Positions 17,715-24,230 of a stretch of 32,000 bases of DNA are shown here, piece after piece. The notes beneath the pieces were generated by a model. It was not told where the DNA came from, did no database searches, and saw only the letters and a list, made by a program, of their open reading frames with translations. Each line of letters opens with the position of its first letter. Position 1 is the stretch's first letter. The stretch comes from Sinimarinibacterium sp. CAU 1509. GTDB lineage: Bacteria > Pseudomonadota > Gammaproteobacteria > Nevskiales > Nevskiaceae. The position numbers were made by a program, and so were the translations under genes. Where the stretch lies: the NCBI RefSeq assembly GCF_005047655.1, contig NZ_SUKF01000001.1:119394-151393 (forward strand). Reading direction: 5' to 3'.

Positions 17715-18956
17715 ATGATGAACCGACTGATCTCTTGGGCCTGTGCAGCACTTATCGTCCTGTCGAGTTTTACCGTCGCAATCGAGTCCGCCGAGGCGCA
17801 TGGCGAACGCGCCCAGATGCCGCAGTTACGCATGCGCTCCGTGCATTGGTTCGACGTCAACGTGTCGACAGTCGATATGCAGATCAACGACATCGTCAAG
17901 GTCACCGGCAGCTTCATGCCGTCGAAGTATTGGCCGGAGCATGTCCAGTCAATTGAAAAGACTGCCTTCCTGAACATCGGGGTGCCTGGGCCGTCATTTG
18001 TGCGGCTGGACTCGCGCGTCAATGGAGTGCCGATGATTCGATCGACGGCCTTCATGAAAGGTGAGCGGTACAACTTTGAAGTGACGCTCAAGGCGCGCAA
18101 GGTCGGACGTTATCACGTGCATCCGGTGATCAACGTCGAGGGAACGGGACCGATCATCGGGCCCGGACTGTGGGTTGACGTGGGCGGAGACGAGGCGGCA
18201 TTTGAAAACAGCGCGACGACCTTGCTCGGCCAGACCATCGACCTGGAAACCTACGGACTCCGCAATGCGGCGTTCTGGTCCGCGCTGTGGTTCGTGATCG
18301 GTCTGGCATGGTTTGCGTACTGGTTGTCGAAGTGTCCGATCGTGGTGCCGCGCTTCAAGCGGGTTGATGAGCTGGGCGTCGTCAATGCGGACAAGATCAT
18401 CACAACGACGGATCGCCGCGTCGGGTTTGTGTTTCTGGTGCTGACGCTGTCGCTGGTCACCGGCTCCTACATGTATACGCAGGAGAAATGGCCGATCACC
18501 ACGCCGTTGCAAACCGGCAAAGTCGAAGTGCCGCCGCTTGAGGCTGAGAGCATGCCGCTGAAGGTGCGGTTGACGGATGCACGCTACCGTATTCCGGGTC
18601 GCAGCTTCCGCATGGAGCTGGAAGTGACGAACTCTGGCGACAGTCCGGTCACGGTGGGTGAGTTTGCTGCGGGTAATCTGCGTTTCATCAACAGCGCGGT
18701 CTTGCAGGTGACGCCCAAGGATGAGGACGACTTGATTGCGGCAGATGCACTTCGCGTCGAGGGAGGCTCGGTTGCGCCGGGCGAAACCCGCACAATTGTC
18801 GTCTACGCCGACGATGCGCTGTGGGAGACTCAACGCATGACGACGATGATTGCGTCCCCGGATGCGTTGGTGGCCGGGCTTCTGTTCTTCTTCGATGCCA
18901 ATGGCGAGCGCTATCCTGTCGAAGTGGGTGGAATGATGATTCCGGAGTTCGTTTGA
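17715..18956 (+). CDS. xmoB: Copper membrane monooxygenase subunit B (PmoB/AmoB family)
   Basis: Start at ATG 17715 behind the SD GAGGAG. The signal peptide MMNRLISWACAALIVLSSFTVAIESAEA is followed by HGERAQMPQLRMRSVHWFDV. GRYHVHPVINVEGTGPIIGPG is present. Two central TM helices sit between two beta-rich domains. The 607-aa track ORF starting at 17133 is an out-of-gene extension over xmoA. Confidence 0.9.
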   Translation: MMNRLISWACAALIVLSSFTVAIESAEAHGERAQMPQLRMRSVHWFDVNVSTVDMQINDIVKVTGSFMPSKYWPEHVQSIEKTAFLNIGVPGPSFVRLDSRVNGVPMIRSTAFMKGERYNFEVTLKARKVGRYHVHPVINVEGTGPIIGPGLWVDVGGDEAAFENSATTLLGQTIDLETYGLRNAAFWSALWFVIGLAWFAYWLSKCPIVVPRFKRVDELGVVNADKIITTTDRRVGFVFLVLTLSLVTGSYMYTQEKWPITTPLQTGKVEVPPLEAESMPLKVRLTDARYRIPGRSFRMELEVTNSGDSPVTVGEFAAGNLRFINSAVLQVTPKDEDDLIAADALRVEGGSVAPGETRTIVVYADDALWETQRMTTMIASPDALVAGLLFFFDANGERYPVEVGGMMIPEFV

Positions 18957-19561
18957 TGACACGTCTGATGGGCCTGATGCTGGTTCTGCTCATGGCCGTG
19001 CAGTCCGGACCGACGGCAGCGCACGGCGGGGTCTCGGTCGAGGACGATGTCTGCATCATGCGCATCGGGCCATACCGGGCACATTTCACGGGCTATCAGC
19101 CGGAGTATCGTGCGACGCAGGAATTCTGCGAGGACATTCCGGTGGTGGCCAAGGCGATCATCGTGCTGGATTTCATCGACAACGTCCTGCGCGGTATGAG
19201 CGTCGAGTTCAATCTGCTGCGTGATACGGATGGATTGGGAGCGGCGGCACGCTTCGACCAGCTCGGCTCGATGCAGCAGATTCGTGAACGCAGTTTGTTC
19301 AACGTACCCGCAGCGACCTATCCGCGTGGAACGATTACCCTGGAGCCGACGCTGGATCAGTCGGGCTGGTATATCGGAGTTCTCAGTGCTACGGACCCAG
19401 AGACCGGTGGCACCCTGCACTCGGTGTTTCCATTCCGAGTCGGCGTGCGCAGCTACTGGCGTTACGGTGTTGCGCTGTTGGTGATCCTGGCGCTGTCAGT
19501 GCTGTTGTACCGTGTCAGCGGTCGAAAACGTGCTGGCGGCGCCTCGACCACCGCTGCGTGA
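18956..19561 (+). CDS. Membrane-anchored periplasmic protein in the PmoD/AmoD position. It has a predicted N-terminal His after signal cleavage and is a possible copper protein.
   Basis: ATG 18956 shares its A with the xmoB TGA (TGATG). The signal peptide MTRLMGLMLVLLMAVQSGPTAA is followed by HGGVSVEDDVCIMRIG. The soluble domain is about 150 aa. The C-terminal TM is YWRYGVALLVILALSVLLYRV, followed by a basic tail. The architecture matches PmoD/AmoD and YcnI-type proteins. I could not verify sequence homology. Confidence 0.7.
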   Translation: MTRLMGLMLVLLMAVQSGPTAAHGGVSVEDDVCIMRIGPYRAHFTGYQPEYRATQEFCEDIPVVAKAIIVLDFIDNVLRGMSVEFNLLRDTDGLGAAARFDQLGSMQQIRERSLFNVPAATYPRGTITLEPTLDQSGWYIGVLSATDPETGGTLHSVFPFRVGVRSYWRYGVALLVILALSVLLYRVSGRKRAGGASTTAA

Positions 19562-19603
19562 ATGCGGCTTCCGATGCTCAATAGAAGGCAGGCATAACCG
19601 CTG

Positions 19604-21187
19604 ATGGGCCGAGCGGAGTCCATGCTGCCCGTAGTCTGGATCACCAGCGTCGCAGCGCTGATGATCGCAGGGGTTGCAGCGCTGGTTGTGTTCGGGCCAA
19701 GTGCGCCACGATCCGTCGGTGGCGACACCGTGCCTGAGGATGCATGTCCGCCCGGGACGCCGGCCCACTGGCGTGACGCACAGACGATCGACGGCGTCGA
19801 GATCGAGGCCGATCCGTCCTGTGAGCCGGATGATCCGGCGGTTGTCGCTGCTGTGGTCAAGGGCACAAACCGTGCGGTGCAGGCGTTGATGGAAACCCGT
19901 CTCGCACGCGACGCGGTGATCAAGCGTAACGACCGCGACGGTGACGGTGATCCGGACGACATCGAGATCAAGCTCGAGGTCACCGAGCTCAACGGATTTT
20001 CACCGAACCTGGATGTGCCGTCGCTGCGTTACCCGATCGCTCCCGGCATCACGCCGGGCCTATGGGTGTTCTCGCCGAAAGTGCGCGGCATGTCGACGAC
20101 GAACTTCCTGAGCAATGACCCGCAGCCGTTGCTGCGTCTGCCGGCTCCGGTGATCCGAGTGGAGCAGGGCGACACGGTCACGATCACCCTGGAAAACACG
20201 CACTACTTTCCGCACACGATTCACCTGCACGGTGTCGATCATCCGTTCGTTCAGGCCGATGGCCAGGGGAATGACGGCGTGCCGATGATTAGCGAAATGG
20301 CGACATTGCCGGGCCAGCGACACAGTTACCGCTTTACGCCGCGCCAGACAGGGACCTTTTTCTACCACTGCCATGTACAGCCACAGGCGCACATCCTGAT
20401 GGGGCTGGCCGGCATGATCGTGGTTGAGGAGAACCGTCCCGACAACTGGTTGCAGACCTTCAACGTCGGTGCCGGCCGTGTGCGACATCGTTCGGTCGCT
20501 TCGCGCGAGCAATACGACCGTGAGTACGATCTGCACTACCAGGACATGGATCGCGAGCTGCACAACCTGATCCAGCATACCAATGACATTCGCTGGACGG
20601 CCAAGGCGATGAATCGCGATTACAAAATCGCCGAGCGGAGCGCTGAGTATCATCTGCTGAACGGGCATTCGTTTCCCTATACCCTGCGTGACTCCATGGT
20701 CGTCGTCGCGCCGGACGAGAACGTGAAGCTTCGCGTGATCAATACCGGGGCCGAGCCGATCTATCTTCATCCTCACGGGCACAAGCCGACGGTGACGCAC
20801 TACGACGGCGTCAGACTTTCGCAGTCGATCACACGTGATGTCTTCGAGATCGGGCCCGCGCAGCGTGCCGAGTTTGACCTGTCGACCGTAAACGACGGGC
20901 TGCATAGCTACGGTGAGGGCGCGTGGTTCATGCACGATCATCGAGAGCCCGGCATCACCACCGACGGCATCAGCCCCGGGGGTGACATCAGCCTCGTTGT
21001 CTACGAGACCTATTTGAATGCTGATGGCATGCCGAAGACTTACGGTAGCCTGGCGACGTTCTTCAATCCCGCGTACTACCGCGGGGAGATTCCGGTCTGG
21101 GCGGAGATGGCGCCGGATCTGTTCGGAGACCCCAACGTCCCCCAGGCCATGTGTACTTCCAATCCCAAACGGGACACTCAAAAATGA
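19604..21187 (+). CDS. Multicopper oxidase, apparently two-domain type with the type-1 site in the first cupredoxin domain. It has an N-terminal membrane anchor.
   Basis: The TM anchor is MLPVVWITSVAALMIAGVAALVVFG. Copper motifs are HTIHLHG, FFYHCHVQPQAHILMGLAGM, IYLHPHGH and WFMHDH, giving four HxH pairs and one Cys. An Asp-rich segment, NDRDGDGDPDD, lies in the N-terminal extension. Start is 19604 or ATG 19622. Confidence 0.85.
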   Translation: MGRAESMLPVVWITSVAALMIAGVAALVVFGPSAPRSVGGDTVPEDACPPGTPAHWRDAQTIDGVEIEADPSCEPDDPAVVAAVVKGTNRAVQALMETRLARDAVIKRNDRDGDGDPDDIEIKLEVTELNGFSPNLDVPSLRYPIAPGITPGLWVFSPKVRGMSTTNFLSNDPQPLLRLPAPVIRVEQGDTVTITLENTHYFPHTIHLHGVDHPFVQADGQGNDGVPMISEMATLPGQRHSYRFTPRQTGTFFYHCHVQPQAHILMGLAGMIVVEENRPDNWLQTFNVGAGRVRHRSVASREQYDREYDLHYQDMDRELHNLIQHTNDIRWTAKAMNRDYKIAERSAEYHLLNGHSFPYTLRDSMVVVAPDENVKLRVINTGAEPIYLHPHGHKPTVTHYDGVRLSQSITRDVFEIGPAQRAEFDLSTVNDGLHSYGEGAWFMHDHREPGITTDGISPGGDISLVVYETYLNADGMPKTYGSLATFFNPAYYRGEIPVWAEMAPDLFGDPNVPQAMCTSNPKRDTQK

Positions 21188-21630
21188 AAATTGGCAAGTT
21201 TGGATGGGTATTGCCCATCGTGATGTTCGGCCAGCTGGCTGCTGCCGGCGATGTGTTTGCAGAAGATGCCGCCAATGCTCATGCGCATCACATGCACATG
21301 GATCGCGGTGGAGACGACAGTCGCGTCCCGACGCCGGCAGGCATGTCGATCATGGTGACACAGCCGGCCGATGGTGCGCAGCTCGATGCCGACGCAGCGA
21401 TTCTGGTGCAGGTCGAGACCACCGGCATGGATGCCTCTGGCGATCACTGGCACCTGTATGTTGATGGTGAGCTCGTTGCGATGGTCGGTGGAGGCCGTAC
21501 GAAATATCAAATCGAGCCCGCGACCCTGGCGCCTGGTCGTCACGAGCTAAAAGTCACGATCTCCAACGCCAGTCATCACGAATACGCCGTGGAGCAGCGG
21601 CTGACGGTTTCGATCGGCAACGCGCCTTAA
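21184..21630 (+). CDS. Secreted His/Met-rich small protein, DUF4399-like (tentative), a putative periplasmic metal (copper) binder
   Basis: The ATGA start/stop overlap with the MCO gene lies at 21184-21187. The signal peptide is MKIGKFGWVLPIVMFGQLAAAGDVFA. Next comes NAHAHHMHMD. The remaining pattern is QPADGAQL...SGDHWHLYVDGELV...LAPGRHELKVTISNASHHEY, which matches my memory of the DUF4399 pattern (P-DGA...HHHL-ID...L-pG-H-L). Confidence 0.7.
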   Translation: MKIGKFGWVLPIVMFGQLAAAGDVFAEDAANAHAHHMHMDRGGDDSRVPTPAGMSIMVTQPADGAQLDADAAILVQVETTGMDASGDHWHLYVDGELVAMVGGGRTKYQIEPATLAPGRHELKVTISNASHHEYAVEQRLTVSIGNAP

Positions 21631-21650
21631 TCTCGCCGCGGATTTCGCAC

Positions 21651-22247
21651 GTGCGTTCGCATTCGCTCCGCCGGGTTCACTTCAGGCTCGCTCTGCTGCT
21701 TGCTGTTGCGGTGCTGTCGTCGTCGCCGATGGTGTGGAGTGCCGATGCGGGTCAGCCCGCGCACGATGGGCCAGGGCATCGCATGATCTGGGACGCCAGC
21801 GGCATGGTCATGGGCGAGAACCAGGGCGATGAACTGCCGCGTGGCTGTGCACAAATCAGTGGTGATGTCGAGATTACCGTGCATGTTGGCCGCCGTTATG
21901 CGCCCGCGGGCTACGTGCTCGGTTACAGTCAGTACGAATGGCGGGTGCCCAAGTGCAGTCGGCTGCATGTCACTCTGATCAACGAAGACCAGGTGCGGCA
22001 TATGTGGATGCTGCACGGGCTGCCGAAATATCTGTACCACGAAGGCATGTTCCATCTCGAGGTCGAGGGTGAGCGGCGCATGACCGGCACCTTCATTGTG
22101 CCCAGCGATGACCGTACCTATTTCGTGCACTGTGACATTGCGCAGCACACGGAGAAAGGTTTGATCGCGCAGCTCAAGGTTGGTCGCGGTGACGGCGATC
22201 TGCCCGGTGTTCCGGGAATCTCCAAACCGCTGTTCCGCGAACGCTAG
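21651..22247 (+). CDS. Secreted cupredoxin-like (type-1 copper-like) protein with Leu at the usual axial Met position
   Basis: The GTG start is at 21651. The signal-like N-terminus is MRSHSLRRVHFRLALLLAVAVLSSSPMVWSA. LHVTLINEDQVRHMWMLHG supplies the upstream His. YFVHCDIAQHTEKGLIAQLKV gives C-x4-H-x4-L where cupredoxins normally have C-x(2-4)-H-x(2-4)-M. Confidence 0.7.
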   Translation: MRSHSLRRVHFRLALLLAVAVLSSSPMVWSADAGQPAHDGPGHRMIWDASGMVMGENQGDELPRGCAQISGDVEITVHVGRRYAPAGYVLGYSQYEWRVPKCSRLHVTLINEDQVRHMWMLHGLPKYLYHEGMFHLEVEGERRMTGTFIVPSDDRTYFVHCDIAQHTEKGLIAQLKVGRGDGDLPGVPGISKPLFRER

Positions 22248-22550
22248 CGCTGCTGCGGGTCAGGTCGCCACGCGTCGCCAGCGCGAGAATTTTCACCCTG
22301 GGGTTCGATATGCGATCGTATCGTCTCGCGACGAAGCAGCGCGCGATACGCATCTCTGCGGCAGCCCATGACGCTGCAGCAAGATTGCCGCCTTGAGCAG
22401 CGCTTGGGTCGTGGTGATTTTCCGCGGACAAGATCGGCGCGATCCATTGGGCCCACCGGAGCAGGCAGCCACCGCGGCGTGACAGTGGATGCTCAGCGTG
22501 CATCCCCATCAGTGGTCTGCGGGATGTGGTGACGATGCTGCCGTCGCAAC

Positions 22551-22582
22551 AAAAAAGGCGGAGCTATTGCTCCGCCTTTTTG
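22551..22582. terminator. Bidirectional intrinsic terminator (3' of the GMC oxidoreductase gene; also the first terminator downstream of the CuMMO operon)
   Basis: In AAAAAAGGCGGAGC-TATT-GCTCCGCCTTTTTG, an 8-bp GC core stem is flanked by an A-run and a T-run. It lies 20 nt beyond the stop of the minus-strand GMC gene. Confidence 0.75.
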
Positions 22583-22601
22583 CGTACACCGGAATCCCGC
22601 A

Positions 22602-24230
22602 TCAAGCAGCCTGCGACATGTCCATGGCTGCGGGCTGGTTCTGTTGCAGCATCATCCGGGCGGCCATCTCGCCGATCACCATTGCCGGCGCGTTGGTATT
22701 GCCGCCGATCAGGGTCGGCATGATCGAGGCGTCGGCAACGCGCAGGCCTTCGATGCCATGCACGCGCAACTGCGCGTCGACAACCGCCATCGCATCCGGT
22801 CCCATCTTGCAGGTGCCGACCGGGTGATAGATGGTCTCGGCACGCTTGCGGATGTCGGCGAGAATCGCTTCGTCGCTTTGCGCTGCCGAACCGGGTTCGG
22901 TTTCGCCGCCATTGGTGGTGGCGAATGCGGGCGATGCAAAGATGCGACGGGCCAGCCGAACCGACGCGATCAGTGCGGCGCGATCGTCCGGATGTTCCAG
23001 GTAGTTCGGCTGAATCAGCGGTGCGGCCATCGGATCGGCGCTCTTGAGGCCGATGTAGCCGCGACTCTTCGGACGCAACTGGCAAACATGCAGGGTGCAG
23101 CCGTAACCCGGGACCAGCTTGCGACCATGATCCTTGAGGAAGCTCGGCAGGAAATGGAACTGGATGTCAGGGCGCTCGGAGTCCTTTGACAGCTTGGCGA
23201 AGCCACCGCCTTCAGCGACATTGCTGGCAAGCATGCCGCGGCGTCCGAAGATATAGCGGAACAGTGCGGCGATTGCGCGGGGTACAAAGGAAAGTGCCAG
23301 ACCGAATGCGCGCTTGCTGCGATCGCGGATCATCACCGTCATGTCGAGATGATCCTGCAGGTTCTGTCCGACACCCGGAAGCTCGTGCACCACCTTGATG
23401 CCGTGCTGTTCGAGTTCTTTCCTGGGGCCGATTCCGGACAGCATCAGCAGTTGCGGCGAATTCACTGCGCCGCCGCACAACACCACTTCACGCTGTGCGC
23501 TCAGATGTCGCTTTTGCCCGTTTTGGACAACGACTTCAATTCCGACCGCACGCTTACCTTCCATCAGCACGCGCGTGGCATGTGCACCGGTCAGCACCGT
23601 CAGGTTCGGTCGGGATCTCGCGTTTTCAAGGAACGCCCGGGCGCTGCTCCAGCGGCGTCCATCCTTCTGCGTGACCTGATAAAGGCCGACGCCTTCCTGT
23701 TCCACGCCGTTGAAGTCGGGGTTGTACGGCAGCCCGGCCTGTTTGGCGGCTTCGATGAAGACCTGCGACAACGGGTTGGGGTCGCGCACATCGGCGACGT
23801 TCAGCGGGCCGCCGGTGCCATGTGAGCGCGACGGTCCGCGCTCGTTGTTCTCGTGCGCCTTGAACAGCGGAAGCAGATCATCGTGGCTCCAGCCGGGATT
23901 GCCCTGATTGGCCCAGTCGTCATAGTCGCGGGCATGTCCGCGGATGTAGACCATCGCATTGATCGAACTGCTGCCACCCAGGGTCTTGCCGCGAGGCCAG
24001 AACAGTTTGCGCTGATCAAGCTGTGCCTGTGGTTCGGTGTCGAAGCACCAGTTATAGGTCTTGCTGCCGATCAGGCCGATCACGCCCAGTGGGGTGTGGA
24101 TCAAGGCGCTGGAATCCGGCGGGCCGGCTTCGATCAGGCACACGCGATGTCGTGGGTTCGCGCTGAGGCGATCCGCCAGAACGCAACCGGCCGAGCCGGC
24201 ACCAACGATAACGTAGTCGAATTCATTCAC
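22602..24230 (-). CDS. GMC-family FAD oxidoreductase (choline/alcohol dehydrogenase; AlkJ-like)
   Basis: The N-terminus is MNEFDYVIVGAGSAGCVLADRLSANP. Also present are GKTLGGSSSINAMVY and the C-terminal block HPVGTCKMG...VHGIEGLRVADASIMP. The SD GGAGGA lies upstream of the start. Confidence 0.9.
   Translation of the reverse strand: MNEFDYVIVGAGSAGCVLADRLSANPRHRVCLIEAGPPDSSALIHTPLGVIGLIGSKTYNWCFDTEPQAQLDQRKLFWPRGKTLGGSSSINAMVYIRGHARDYDDWANQGNPGWSHDDLLPLFKAHENNERGPSRSHGTGGPLNVADVRDPNPLSQVFIEAAKQAGLPYNPDFNGVEQEGVGLYQVTQKDGRRWSSARAFLENARSRPNLTVLTGAHATRVLMEGKRAVGIEVVVQNGQKRHLSAQREVVLCGGAVNSPQLLMLSGIGPRKELEQHGIKVVHELPGVGQNLQDHLDMTVMIRDRSKRAFGLALSFVPRAIAALFRYIFGRRGMLASNVAEGGGFAKLSKDSERPDIQFHFLPSFLKDHGRKLVPGYGCTLHVCQLRPKSRGYIGLKSADPMAAPLIQPNYLEHPDDRAALIASVRLARRIFASPAFATTNGGETEPGSAAQSDEAILADIRKRAETIYHPVGTCKMGPDAMAVVDAQLRVHGIEGLRVADASIMPTLIGGNTNAPAMVIGEMAARMMLQQNQPAAMDMSQAA

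Noticed and set aside
16058-18956. Calling the operon a bona fide particulate methane monooxygenase (pmoCAB) or ammonia monooxygenase (amoCAB).
   Set aside because: Only family membership can be read from the sequence. The window holds no C1-assimilation, methanol or formaldehyde oxidation, or hydroxylamine oxidation genes, and the neighbours are hydrocarbon/lipid genes. I therefore use the neutral xmo label. The window is only 32 kb, so this is not proof of absence in the genome.
16000-22300. A GC-content dip over the CuMMO operon, taken as evidence of recent horizontal acquisition.
   Set aside because: Hand counts of single 60-nt lines give 31/60 (16381-16440) and 30/60 (17281-17340) G+C in xmoC and xmoA, against 44/60 in the kinase gene (4381-4440). 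However, lines in the RND gene (33/60 at 28021-28080) and in DUF1329 copy 1 (32/60 at 7861-7920) are similarly low. The effect may therefore reflect membrane-protein composition and sampling noise. No integrase, IS element, tRNA or direct repeats flank the operon. A windowed GC and codon-usage computation would be needed.
22311-22397. A 28-codon + strand ORF in the spacer after the cupredoxin gene, considered as a small-protein gene.
   Set aside because: It has no SD, no signal or TM character and no recognisable motif. It is mentioned only as a possibility under the spacer finding.
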